Source of the DNA: Alphaproteobacteria bacterium
Lineage (GTDB): Bacteria > Pseudomonadota > Alphaproteobacteria > Sphingomonadales > Govanellaceae
DNA: 51,815 bases
Direction of reading: 5' to 3'
Assembly (NCBI GenBank): GCA_037189785.1
Contig: JBBCIP010000173.1
Coordinates: 1-51,815, forward strand
Shown: piece by piece, positions 1 through 9,379 of the stretch
Position numbering within the stretch: the stretch's first letter is position 1
Layout: the number at the start of each line of letters is the position of its first letter
Notes under the pieces: model-generated
What the model was told of the DNA's origin: nothing
Database searches by the model: none
What the model saw: only the letters and a program-made list of their open reading frames with translations
Translations under genes and position numbers: made by a program

Positions 1-2
1 AG

Positions 3-890
3 ATATCGATTCTAAAGGCCCTGCAAGACAAAGGCTATTCTGACGAAGCCTTGCGGTTGATGAACCGCTGGTTCGACGGCGTTGGTATGGATAACATGTC
101 GGCCTTGTTTGCCTATCGCAAAGATATGGTCGTCAAAGCCGGACGCGATGGCGGATGGTTCCGGATCAAAGGGGGAAGTTCACGCCTGACCGATGCCATG
201 GCAAAGGCTTTGCAGAATGAAGTTCATCTTGGCAAAGATGTGCGGGCCTTGACCACCAATGACGATGGCATAGAAGCACATTGTGCGGACGGCAGCGTTT
301 ATCGCGCCAAATATGCGATTGTCTCGATTCCCTATTCGGTGTTGCGGCATGTGAAGATCACGCCGGATCTTCCCCCGCTGCAAAAAGAAATCGTCAACAC
401 TTTGCCGTATAATCAAACCATCTTGATTAAATTCGGCATCAAAGCTCCGTTCTGGGAAAGCGATGGTCTGCCGCCCGGGCTTTACTCCGATACTTTTATC
501 GAACGGATCGTTGCAACAGCCGGACAAGATGGCCAGGTTCATATGTTGGATTGTTGGATCAAAGGCAGCGGCGCCGTGGCATTGGAACGCTATGATCTAA
601 AAACCGTTGGTCAAATGGCCTTGGCGGAAATGGAGCGTGCCCGCCCTGCGACCAAGGGTAAGCTTGAGGTTCTTGATGTCACCTCGTGGGGACAAAATCC
701 GTTTTCGCGCGGGTCGTACCATTTCTGGGGTGTGGGGCAATACAACCGCTATCGTGATCACTGGATCAAACCCCATGGCCGCCTGCGTTTTGTCGGCGAA
801 CATGCGGCGCAAATGTCCATGGGGATGGAAGGGGCCTGTGAATCTGCGGAACGCGAAGCACTGAATCTTGCGGACGTGATGGGAGCTTAA
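3..890 (+). CDS. Flavin monoamine oxidase / L-amino-acid-oxidase family FAD-dependent oxidoreductase (5' partial)
   Basis: Frame is open from position 3. Amino_oxidase-type motifs [14 protein letters not shown]-x-x-x-PFSRGSY, and C-terminal FAD motif GRLRFVGEH...[10 protein letters not shown]. Confidence 0.85.
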   Translation: MSILKALQDKGYSDEALRLMNRWFDGVGMDNMSALFAYRKDMVVKAGRDGGWFRIKGGSSRLTDAMAKALQNEVHLGKDVRALTTNDDGIEAHCADGSVYRAKYAIVSIPYSVLRHVKITPDLPPLQKEIVNTLPYNQTILIKFGIKAPFWESDGLPPGLYSDTFIERIVATAGQDGQVHMLDCWIKGSGAVALERYDLKTVGQMALAEMERARPATKGKLEVLDVTSWGQNPFSRGSYHFWGVGQYNRYRDHWIKPHGRLRFVGEHAAQMSMGMEGACESAEREALNLADVMGA

Positions 891-891
891 C

Positions 892-1383
892 ATGGCTGAT
901 TCCGGCATGCTGACGCTGACTATAAACGGCAAGGATTATCAGGTCGAAGCCGACCCGGAAATGCCGTTGTTGTGGGCCGTTCGTGACTTGGTACAACTGA
1001 CCGGCACGAAATTCGGCTGCGGTGTCGGTCTCTGTGGGGCGTGCAGTTTATATGTGGATGGGGAATTGATCCGGTCGTGCTCGTTTGCTGTCGGTGATGC
1101 CGTAGGAACAGCCGTCACAACGATCGAAGGGTTATCAAAAGATCTCACGCATCCGGTCCAGCAAGCCTGGATCGCGGAACAAGTGCCGCAATGCGGGTAT
1201 TGTCAGTCGGGAATGGTCATGGCAGCGGCCAAGCTGCTGGAAGAAAATCCGGATCCAAGCGACGACGATATCGATGCGGCCATGACCAATATATGCCGGT
1301 GCGGGACTTATCCGCGGATTCGCAAAGGTATCAAAACGGCAGCGCGTCAAATCGCTGCATCCAATATTAAAAAGGCCTCCTAA
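892..1383 (+). CDS. (2Fe-2S)-binding small subunit of molybdenum hydroxylase type (IorA/CoxS-like)
   Basis: [14 protein letters not shown]...C and QCGYCQSG...NICRCGTY, the two 2Fe-2S motifs of the IorA/CoxS/XdhC family. Starts 1 nt after the upstream stop. Confidence 0.92.
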   Translation: MADSGMLTLTINGKDYQVEADPEMPLLWAVRDLVQLTGTKFGCGVGLCGACSLYVDGELIRSCSFAVGDAVGTAVTTIEGLSKDLTHPVQQAWIAEQVPQCGYCQSGMVMAAAKLLEENPDPSDDDIDAAMTNICRCGTYPRIRKGIKTAARQIAASNIKKAS

Positions 1384-1399
1384 CTAGAAGGAAGACGTC

Positions 1400-2521
1400 A
1401 TGGTGTATCACCTCCAACACGAAATCATGCCACGCCAGACAAGTGACGAAGCGGCACGCTCTCGTTACGTTCTTTCGCTCAAGCGTCATTTGATGAAAAA
1501 TGTCCGCCCGGGCAATGTGCCGTCTTATGAGCATGTTGGCCGCGCGTTGTATCGTGAAAAATACGGTCGTGATCCGCAATCACGAAACGAAGTCCAAGAA
1601 GCTATGTTGATGACACCGCATTTTCAATTGTGGTCATCCTTGAACAGATCGTCGCAAGAGTTGATGTGGCGGACTGTCGGCGAAGCGATCTACCGCGACC
1701 TTGATCGTATGTCTGCGGCTGCGGAACGTCTGACCGGTGACCCGGCGAAAAAAGGATCGCTGACGCTTAACCCCGGTTTCGATCCTGTGGCGGATTATCC
1801 ACAGCATCATATTCACCTGCAACCCGAAGGCTATTTGCCGGAAGATGATGGTACCAGTATTGTTGCCGGTGCTTTTTATGAAGCCGGTGGTCGCATTTAT
1901 TCCATGGGCCGCGGGATGGAAGCGAAAGATAGCAAAGCCGGTGCGGTGATTGCATATTTGAATGAAACCCGCCCGGGTTGGCAACCGCGCCGGATGGTGG
2001 ATATCGGCTGTTCCGCCGGTGGCGGGTCGACCTGCTATCCCGAAGCGTTCCCGGATACCGAAGTGCACGCAGTCGATCTTGGGTCCAGCATGTTGCGCTA
2101 TGCCCATGCCCGGGCTGAAGCCATGGGCGCTCCGGTTCATTTTCATCAGGCCGATGGCGGCGCCACGCCGTTTCCGGACGGGTATTTCGATTTCATCATT
2201 TCTCATAACTTACTGCATGAAATTTCCGACGAAAAACGCAAACAGATCGCGCGTGAAACGTTCCGTTTGCTGGCGCCCGGCGGCATCGCCATTCACCAAG
2301 ATGTCGATATCCTAAACCGGCAACGGACGGTCGCCGAAGAAGCCGAGCGTGGCTGGGATTTGTTATTCAATAACGAACCCTATTGGGAAATGTATGCTGA
2401 TTGTGATTTGGCATCGGAATTGATTGCCGGTGGGTTCGATCCGGCCAACGTCAAAGAACAACGTATCAAGAAAACCGATGGTCCGGGGTTCTGGTATGCC
2501 TGGATTGCCGAAAAGAAATAA
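1400..2521 (+). CDS. Class I SAM-dependent methyltransferase with long N-terminal extension (paralog A)
   Basis: Motif I VDIGCSAGGG, VHAVDLG, PFPDGYFDFIISH, RLLAPGG. RBS GAAGGAAG upstream. Confidence 0.85.
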   Translation: MVYHLQHEIMPRQTSDEAARSRYVLSLKRHLMKNVRPGNVPSYEHVGRALYREKYGRDPQSRNEVQEAMLMTPHFQLWSSLNRSSQELMWRTVGEAIYRDLDRMSAAAERLTGDPAKKGSLTLNPGFDPVADYPQHHIHLQPEGYLPEDDGTSIVAGAFYEAGGRIYSMGRGMEAKDSKAGAVIAYLNETRPGWQPRRMVDIGCSAGGGSTCYPEAFPDTEVHAVDLGSSMLRYAHARAEAMGAPVHFHQADGGATPFPDGYFDFIISHNLLHEISDEKRKQIARETFRLLAPGGIAIHQDVDILNRQRTVAEEAERGWDLLFNNEPYWEMYADCDLASELIAGGFDPANVKEQRIKKTDGPGFWYAWIAEKK

Positions 2522-2524
2522 GCT

Positions 2525-4078
2525 CTAGCGGCGTTTCGATTGTGCCGATCGCGTCATGGTAATGAGTTCATACTCCGGGACGCGATTGGCAAGCCGCGTT
2601 CCGGAAATATCGGCGCGGTAACTGAAAAAGTCCAGCTGTTCGACCAGATAAATAGCCGGCGCACGATCGTGGAATTCGGCGGCAAGCGTGGCCAGAATTT
2701 CAGCCCGCTCCGGTTCGGGGGTTTCGGCCGCTTTTTCCATCAACGGTGTTAAATCTTCATCGCAATAAAACGGATTGCGCTTCAGGCACGAGAAATTTTC
2801 CATCGGTCGTAACACATCGTTATATGGTGCCGCAGACCACGACAAACTGAACGCGTCACTTTCCCATATGTTCGATAAGTAATTCCGCAAGAAGGTTGGG
2901 AACGGCATGGCGCGCATATCGACCTGAATACCGACTTGGCGCAAATCATAGGCCATGGCTTGGAAAATTTGCCCGTCCGCGGGCAGCGAATCGATCACAA
3001 CTTCGATACTGAGCGGCAGACCATTGGGATATCCCGCTTCTTTCAAAAGCGCGCGGGCTTTATTCGGATCGTAGGGGTAGGGTTTGATGGCCGGGTTATA
3101 GCCGTATGTGGTTTTTGACGCCGGTTGGCCCGAGGACACGGTAAACCCACGCAGCAATATTTCCGCCAATTGGTCTTTGTTGATGGCGTAATTCAGGGCT
3201 TGGCGCACGCGCTTGTCTTTAAGTGGAGAATCATCGGCGCGTTCGGTGCGCAACGCCAGCGCCATCACTTGCATCGATGGCTGGATCACGCTCGGGATGC
3301 CGCGCGCGTCCAACAGATCCATTTCATCAACGCCGGTTTTGGCCAAATCAACGTCGCCGGAAATCAACGCTTGCACGCGTGCCGCCGTTTCGGCCAGTTC
3401 GATGAATTCAAGCTTTTCGATAATCGGTTTGCGCCAACTTCTGGTGTTTGCGCTTAAGTAAGCGCGTCGGCGTTGTTCGCTCCATCGATCGAGATGATAG
3501 GAGCCGGTTCCCGATGGTTGGCGGGCAAATTCTTGGGGTCCCAACTCCGCCCAGGCTTTCGGTGCAACGATCGGCACCGATGTCATGCGTTTATCAAGAA
3601 TGGCATCCGGTGTTTTGGTGGTGATGACCAGGGTATGATCATTCTCGACAATGATCTGATCGAAATGGCGTAAGCGTGCGCCGATGACGGTGATTCTTCC
3701 CGCGGGCGATTGTAGCCAGCGTATGGTCGCGGCCACGGCGTCTGCATTAAACGGTTCACCGTTTGAGAAGCCGACATTTTTCCGAAGCTCAAAACGCCAA
3801 CTTAACGGCGTTGTTTGTTCCCATTTGGTGGCGAGCGCTGTGGTCACAGTGCCGTCGCTATCAAGCCGCGTCAGTCCGTCAAAAAGCGCCATCCACACAT
3901 AGCTGCTCGGCGTGCCGTCGGCCATGAACGGATTGCCCCAGCTTGGCGGCAGCGACGTGATGGCGACGCGCAGTTGCTCGGCTGAAACTGGAGCCATGCT
4001 TGAAAAACTGAACGTTGCAGCCAAAACCAAGCTTGGCCATTTGAATGCGGAGCCAAAGCGGCGCAGTGTGCGGATCAT
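2525..4078 (-). CDS. ABC transporter substrate-binding protein, family 5 (DppA/OppA-like)
   Basis: LFDGLTRLD...LATKW...WRFELRKNVGFSNGEPFNADAV signature and DKRVRQALNYAINK. Start reassigned to ATG 4078 (ATGA overlap with upstream stop; signal peptide MIRTLRR...VSA). Confidence 0.9.
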   Translation of the reverse strand: MIRTLRRFGSAFKWPSLVLAATFSFSSMAPVSAEQLRVAITSLPPSWGNPFMADGTPSSYVWMALFDGLTRLDSDGTVTTALATKWEQTTPLSWRFELRKNVGFSNGEPFNADAVAATIRWLQSPAGRITVIGARLRHFDQIIVENDHTLVITTKTPDAILDKRMTSVPIVAPKAWAELGPQEFARQPSGTGSYHLDRWSEQRRRAYLSANTRSWRKPIIEKLEFIELAETAARVQALISGDVDLAKTGVDEMDLLDARGIPSVIQPSMQVMALALRTERADDSPLKDKRVRQALNYAINKDQLAEILLRGFTVSSGQPASKTTYGYNPAIKPYPYDPNKARALLKEAGYPNGLPLSIEVVIDSLPADGQIFQAMAYDLRQVGIQVDMRAMPFPTFLRNYLSNIWESDAFSLSWSAAPYNDVLRPMENFSCLKRNPFYCDEDLTPLMEKAAETPEPERAEILATLAAEFHDRAPAIYLVEQLDFFSYRADISGTRLANRVPEYELITMTRSAQSKRR

Positions 4079-5076
4079 GATAAAAGACCCTTGGACTTGA
4101 GCGCGTCCGGGTAAAGACACGCGGATTTTTGCGTCGGTGTTGTTTGTCGTAAACTGGTTGGCGTTGTTGTGCAGTCCGGGGCTGCGACCGGGCAACGGCT
4201 GTAGAACGGGCAACCGACCGGTGGGTCAAATGGCGATGGCGGCTCCCCGGCGATGGCGCGAAATCCGTCTTCGGCAAAGGCGCTCGGGACCGGCTCCGGC
4301 GACGATTTGATTAAAGAAAATGTATAAGGATGTTGCGGATTGGCAATCACATCCTTGGTCGGGCCTTCCTCGACGACTTGGCCCGCATACATCACCACAA
4401 GCCGGTTGGCGAGATGATATAAAAGCGCCAAATCATGGGCGATGATCAACAAGCCGATGCCGCGTCGGGCGATCACGTCTTTAAAAACGGTAACGATTTG
4501 TGCCTGTACCGACACATCAAGCGCTGAGACGGGTTCGTCGGCAATCAAAAGATCCGGCGCGGTCGCAAGGGCGCGGGCAATGGCGATCCGCTGTCTTTGG
4601 CCACCCGAAAATTGATTAGGATATCGGTTCAGGGTCTCGGCCGGTAAACTGACATCGGCGACCAATTCGGCGGTACGGGCGCGAATGGCGTCGCGCGTGC
4701 CCATGCGATGCGCTTCCAACGGCTCCGCCAAAATTTCGCCAATAGTCAGGCGTGGGTTGAGGCTGCTGTAGGGGTCCTGGAAAATCAGTTGCATCCGCTT
4801 CCAGATTTCGCGGCGCGCGCGCAGACCCATATGGGTAATATCTTGATCTGCGAATTTGATGGTGCCGTCCGTGGGCGGATAAAGTCCCATGGCGGCTTTG
4901 GCGACGGTGGATTTGCCGGATCCGGATTCGCCGACCAGCCCGACGATTTCGCCGTTGTCGACATGAAGGCTGACCTTGCGTAGAGCATGCAGATCACGCC
5001 CGCCCACAGAAAAACGCACCGAAATATTTTCGATATCCAGAAGTCGGGTGGGTGTGGCGGTTACAGATGACGTCAT
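4075..5076 (-). CDS. Oligopeptide/dipeptide ABC transporter ATP-binding protein (OppF/DppF-like)
   Basis: Walker A GESGSGKS, FSGGQRQR, ADEPVSALD, HPYT and C-terminal GCPFYSRCP. Start at ATG 5076 (ATGA overlap). Confidence 0.93.
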   Translation of the reverse strand: MTSSVTATPTRLLDIENISVRFSVGGRDLHALRKVSLHVDNGEIVGLVGESGSGKSTVAKAAMGLYPPTDGTIKFADQDITHMGLRARREIWKRMQLIFQDPYSSLNPRLTIGEILAEPLEAHRMGTRDAIRARTAELVADVSLPAETLNRYPNQFSGGQRQRIAIARALATAPDLLIADEPVSALDVSVQAQIVTVFKDVIARRGIGLLIIAHDLALLYHLANRLVVMYAGQVVEEGPTKDVIANPQHPYTFSLIKSSPEPVPSAFAEDGFRAIAGEPPSPFDPPVGCPFYSRCPVAAPDCTTTPTSLRQTTPTQKSACLYPDALKSKGLLS

Positions 5077-6062
5077 GATGGAAGGCCTGGTTGCGTCGCG
5101 CGCCAACACGCAATGGAATGACCGCCGACATCCGTAAGCGGCGGAATACTCCGGCAGTCATCGGCTGCTGCAGGACAGCGCGGGCGATAAGAACAGCCAT
5201 CAAACCGTTCCGTCGGTTTGGGTGGGTCGCCGGGAATGGGGGCAAAGGCATGTTCGGTGCTGAAGCGCGGTACCGCCGCCATCAAAGCCTTGGTATAGGG
5301 ATGAACGGGGGCGGTCAGAATCTGTTCCGCAGTGCCTGTTTCAACAACGCGGCCATAATACATCACGGCAATACGGTTGCATATTTGCGCCGCAGCGCCA
5401 AAGTCGTGGGTGACCAAGATCACCGATCGTTTCGTTGCCGCCTTTTTGATAAGCGCCAACACTTGCATGCGCACGGTCGGGTCCAACGCCGTTGTCGGTT
5501 CATCGGCAATCAACAAGGACGGATTGTTGATCCCGGCCAAGGCGATCACCACGCGCTGTCTTTGGCCGCCGGATAATTGATGCGGATAATTGTCGATGCG
5601 TTCGGCAGGCGCGGGCAGGGCCACATCGGCCAAGGCTTTGATGGCAATATCTCGGGCGACTGCTTTGCTGACCTTTTGATGACGCAAAACTGATTCCGTC
5701 AACAAATCGCCGATCCGCCGCACCGGATTTAAGCTGCTGAACGGATCTTGAAAAATCATGCCGATATCACGGCCGCGAATCCGGCGCATGTCGTTTTCTG
5801 TGGCGTGCACCAGATCCTGACCCAAGAAATTGATCTTGCCGCTTTTAATACGGGCATTGGGCGGCAATAGCTTCATCAGACTAAGAACGCTCAGCGATTT
5901 GCCCGACCCGGATTCGCCGACTAGGCCCAGCACATCGCCTTCGTGCAAGGTGAACGAAATATTGTCGAGCACCGCGCGATCGCCGTCTTTGGTCGGGAAC
6001 GCCACGCTCAGATTTTGCAGCGCAAGTATCGGGCCGGTGTTTGTCATAGCGGTGTTGTTCAT
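5073..6062 (-). CDS. Oligopeptide/dipeptide ABC transporter ATP-binding protein (OppD/DppD-like)
   Basis: GESGSGKS, YPHQLSGGQRQR, ADEPTTALD, HPYT, Cys-rich tail. ATGA overlap with the upstream gene. Confidence 0.93.
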   Translation of the reverse strand: MNNTAMTNTGPILALQNLSVAFPTKDGDRAVLDNISFTLHEGDVLGLVGESGSGKSLSVLSLMKLLPPNARIKSGKINFLGQDLVHATENDMRRIRGRDIGMIFQDPFSSLNPVRRIGDLLTESVLRHQKVSKAVARDIAIKALADVALPAPAERIDNYPHQLSGGQRQRVVIALAGINNPSLLIADEPTTALDPTVRMQVLALIKKAATKRSVILVTHDFGAAAQICNRIAVMYYGRVVETGTAEQILTAPVHPYTKALMAAVPRFSTEHAFAPIPGDPPKPTERFDGCSYRPRCPAAADDCRSIPPLTDVGGHSIACWRATQPGLPS

Positions 6063-6916
6063 AGCGATCTTTGGCTCCGGCCTCTGAGCAGGGTGGATAT
6101 GCCATCACCAATCAAGTTTGCCGATACGACCACCAGCACAATGGCGCCCGCCGGGACCAGCATCATCCACGGAGCTTGGAACAAGAACGACCGGCTATCG
6201 GCCAGCATGTTGCCCCAGGTCGACGAATCGATGGGCGCGCCGATGCCGAGGAACGACAACGCACTTTCCGCGATCAGCATGTCGGCAAAATGAAACGCGG
6301 TTGTGGCAAGCAAGGAGGGACGCAGTGCCGGTAACACATGACGGAACAGAATACGCCATTGCTTCACGCCCATAAAACGCGCGGCGATGACGTAATCTTT
6401 CTCAAGAATCGCCAAGCTTTCCGCATAGACGATCCGGGCAAACACCGGCCAGGTCAGAAGCCCCAGCACCAACACCAGTGACATGAAGCCTTGACCAATG
6501 ATCGCAATCAAGCAGATTGCGGCGACAAGGCTTGGGAACGACATCGTGAGGTTGATGATTTGTAAAATAACGCGGCGCGGCCAGCCGGATTGATCGGCGG
6601 CAAGAAGTCCCAAGGGGGCGCCGATCGCCAGTGACAGCGCGGTCGATAAAATGGCTGCGGCGAACGACCATTTGAATCCGACAGCCATGCGCGCCAAAAG
6701 ATCGCGGCCAAGGTGATCGGATCCGAGCAGATGAGATAGTGAGCCCGGTTTTTCAAAACGGTCATAAAGATTGATGACATCGGCCCCCGGCGCGCCAAGC
6801 AGCGGCAGCACAAACGGCAGAAGTCCCATGATCACCAGAATACCAAGCCCGATCACCAAGCCTGTGGGCAATGCTGTCCGATCTTTGCGGCGGGATGCGG
6901 TTACGGTCGCGCTCAT
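6059..6916 (-). CDS. ABC transporter permease (OppC/DppC-like)
   Basis: HLLGSDHLGRDLLAR, EAA-loop YVIAARFMG, AESALSFLGIG, WGNML. Confidence 0.93.
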   Translation of the reverse strand: MSATVTASRRKDRTALPTGLVIGLGILVIMGLLPFVLPLLGAPGADVINLYDRFEKPGSLSHLLGSDHLGRDLLARMAVGFKWSFAAAILSTALSLAIGAPLGLLAADQSGWPRRVILQIINLTMSFPSLVAAICLIAIIGQGFMSLVLVLGLLTWPVFARIVYAESLAILEKDYVIAARFMGVKQWRILFRHVLPALRPSLLATTAFHFADMLIAESALSFLGIGAPIDSSTWGNMLADSRSFLFQAPWMMLVPAGAIVLVVVSANLIGDGISTLLRGRSQRSL

Positions 6917-7866
6917 GACGATACCCGGATGCGCGGATCAAGGAAGGCGATGGCGATATCGGTCAAGGCGTTCACGATGAATACGAAGATCGAGATGACG
7001 ACGGCCAAGGCCTGAACCACGGGAAAATCGAGCGTAAGGGTCGATTGGATCAACAAGCGCCCCAGCCCGGGCCAGGCGAAAATGCTTTCGATCACCACGA
7101 CGCCTGAAATCAAAAACGAAAATTGTGCGCCGACCAAAGCGATCGAGCCCAGCAAGGCGTTCGGCAAAACGTGGCGCCATAAAATGAATTGTGGTCCGGC
7201 GCCGATAGCGCGGGCGGTGCGTACGTAATCTTCGTTCATGGCTTCGGCGACGTTGGCCGCCGTGATGCGAGTCAGTTTTGGGACCAAGAATGATCCCAAG
7301 GCAATCGTCGGCAAAACCCAGTTGGACAGGCGATCATATCCCAACGCCGGCAACCACCCGAGATCGACCGCAAAAATCTGTACCAGCACCAAGGCGACCA
7401 CAAATCCGGGCACCCCTTGCATGATAAAGACGGACCAAGAAAACACTTGGCGTGACGACCGCTGCGGATCTGCGCCCCACCAGGCGCCAAGCGGCACGGA
7501 TACAAGGATGGTGAAGCCCATGGCCAGGAAGGTCATCAGCAGCGTCGCTGGGACTGCGCCGACAACAACGGTCAACGCATCGCGTCCTGTGGCTAGGGAT
7601 GTGCCGAAATCCAGATGCAGCACGTTGTACAGATAGATCCCGAACTGCGTCAGTAACGGTTTATCCAAACCATGAAAGGCGCGAATCTCGGCCAGCATTT
7701 CAGGTGTCGCGTCTTGCCCGGCAAGAACAACGGCTGGATCTCCCGTGAGGCGTAAAAGGAAAAAAAGCAACGTCAGCAAAGCCAGGATCAAGACCAAAAG
7801 ATCAAATCCGCGCTTACCGACGATGCTTCCAACCTTACCGAGCTTTTTGGCGTAAGTGCTGTGCAT
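6913..7866 (-). CDS. ABC transporter permease (OppB/DppB-like)
   Basis: GLDKPLLTQF, DFGTSL, EDYVRTARAIG, ESIFAWPGLGRL, DFPVVQ. Confidence 0.93.
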   Translation of the reverse strand: MHSTYAKKLGKVGSIVGKRGFDLLVLILALLTLLFFLLRLTGDPAVVLAGQDATPEMLAEIRAFHGLDKPLLTQFGIYLYNVLHLDFGTSLATGRDALTVVVGAVPATLLMTFLAMGFTILVSVPLGAWWGADPQRSSRQVFSWSVFIMQGVPGFVVALVLVQIFAVDLGWLPALGYDRLSNWVLPTIALGSFLVPKLTRITAANVAEAMNEDYVRTARAIGAGPQFILWRHVLPNALLGSIALVGAQFSFLISGVVVIESIFAWPGLGRLLIQSTLTLDFPVVQALAVVISIFVFIVNALTDIAIAFLDPRIRVSS

Positions 7867-7872
7867 AGCTTA

Positions 7873-7892
7873 TTGTATCATTATAGATACAA
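7873..7892. promoter_or_regulatory. Palindromic operator-like site TTGTATC-ATTATA-GATACAA just upstream of the ABC operon
   Basis: Perfect 7-bp arms with a 6-bp spacer, 6 bp from the oppB-like start. A related palindrome lies at 15654-15671. Confidence 0.55.
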
Positions 7893-7921
7893 ATATCCAC
7901 TTGTTTGTGATGGGGGCGATG

Positions 7922-7959
7922 GCAGGGACGACCGACGGCATTCTGTCCGCCGTCCCTAC
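7922..7959 (-). terminator. GC-rich hairpin just after the nitrilase-family stop (terminator or mRNA stabiliser)
   Basis: Minus-strand arms GTAGGGACGGC / GTCGTCCCTGC (11 bp including 2 G-U). No clear U-tract. Confidence 0.35.
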
Positions 7960-7966
7960 AAGGGAT

Positions 7967-9100
7967 CTAGTCCATCCAGTAGCTGGTCCAGCGCATTTTG
8001 TCTTTCAGATAACGCGCGGCTTCCACCTTGGTCTCGGGCACGTGGGCGCTCCACAGATTCGGGTCATAGCGTTCGCGATATTGATCAAATACATGAGAAT
8101 AAAGCGAAAAATGAACATCAGGGATGCGGTGACGCTTGCGATAGCTGGCCATGTCGATGGCGGCGCGGCGTTTGGTCTCGAACGGGCCGGCTTCGGCCAG
8201 AACCGTCCCCCGTGGCCCGAAAATGGCTGATTTTCCAACCCAATCGTTCTTTGGCGCCTGTTCGGCGAAGTAGTATTTGCTCGGTTCCTGGAAATCCATG
8301 CTGTTGTTGACGATGGTGGTGAACACATCATGGTGGTAGGAGGTGAGCCGCATATCATGCCATTCGCAGCCGCCGGTGGCGGTCCGAACGATGATTTCTG
8401 CCCCTTTCAAAGCCATGGCCCGGAATAGTTCCGGCTCGAACTGAACCGATGACATGGAGATATTGCCGATATCGGTGCGTGCCACCGGGACGACGGCATC
8501 CCAGCCATACATTTCCACATAGCGGTCAAAAACGTCATAAATGGTGGTTGTGAATTGCTCGACACCGGGCCACATACCGCGCATGTTGCGTTGCTTCCAG
8601 TGACGGGCAACGATCTTGCCGTCTGGTCCGACCAAAACCTGGGTATTCATGGTGTGACCGGCCCAATCGTCGTCGAGCATTTGGCAGCCAAGAGCGATGT
8701 AGCAATTGTATTGCTTGGCTTTTTTGCCGATTTCTTGAAATTCCGGACCGTCCGGATGGCGCGACACACGCAGGTATTGCTTGAGATCCCATGGGGCAAA
8801 GCCATGCAGCGGGAATTCATGATAGCACAACAGATCGCAGCGGCCGCCGACGGCTTGGGCTTTGTCAATGGTTTCAAGCAAGTAGTCGAGATTGCGCCTA
8901 ATCCCGGGCTCGGGATTGTCGCCGTCCACGCCGCGCACCGGTGTTTGCACGATGCCGATGGAAATGCGGTCGGACCTGAGCGGCACAGTCCCATAGGTGC
9001 CGTCGTGTGATACCATTTTAGGGATTGCTGAGTCGGTGGACGCGGTATCGCCGCTGGCGGTTTGTGCTGCGGGCCGATTGTCTTCTGTGGTCATTCCCAT
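7967..9100 (-). CDS. Carbon-nitrogen hydrolase (nitrilase superfamily) protein lacking the canonical nucleophile Cys
   Basis: IGIVQ, LLCYHEFPLHG (catalytic Glu), NTQVLVGPDGKIVARHWK (catalytic Lys), PELFRAMALKGAEII, GKSAIFGPRGTVLAEA. The nucleophile segment reads GNISMSSVQFEPE. Confidence 0.85.
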   Translation of the reverse strand: MGMTTEDNRPAAQTASGDTASTDSAIPKMVSHDGTYGTVPLRSDRISIGIVQTPVRGVDGDNPEPGIRRNLDYLLETIDKAQAVGGRCDLLCYHEFPLHGFAPWDLKQYLRVSRHPDGPEFQEIGKKAKQYNCYIALGCQMLDDDWAGHTMNTQVLVGPDGKIVARHWKQRNMRGMWPGVEQFTTTIYDVFDRYVEMYGWDAVVPVARTDIGNISMSSVQFEPELFRAMALKGAEIIVRTATGGCEWHDMRLTSYHHDVFTTIVNNSMDFQEPSKYYFAEQAPKNDWVGKSAIFGPRGTVLAEAGPFETKRRAAIDMASYRKRHRIPDVHFSLYSHVFDQYRERYDPNLWSAHVPETKVEAARYLKDKMRWTSYWMD

Positions 9101-9192
9101 GCTCCCGAATGAAAGGCGAGTGGTTGGCTGAAATCAGATTAAATGGCTTTACGGCCATTTTTTAGGGTTTCTGTCTTCCGCAAACCATATTG

Positions 9193-9208
9193 CATTATTG
9201 TTATAATG
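9193..9208. promoter_or_regulatory. Palindrome CATTAT-TGTT-ATAATG in the divergent nitrilase/Rieske promoter region
   Basis: Perfect 6-bp arms in an AT-rich patch. Contains TGTTATAATG, related to sites at 15646 and 17678. Confidence 0.45.
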
Positions 9209-9379
9209 TTAATATGATTTATCGCAAGGTGGTCATCAAACGATCACGCCCGGGATGCTGCGTTCAACGTCTTTGGGGCCGTGCCGTTATGGTGCTGAAA
9301 AGGGTGCGTCTTCGCCATCCATTCGCCATTTTCCCCACCTTCTATATGATAATCCCTTAAACGGTTGGGAGACGGGATA

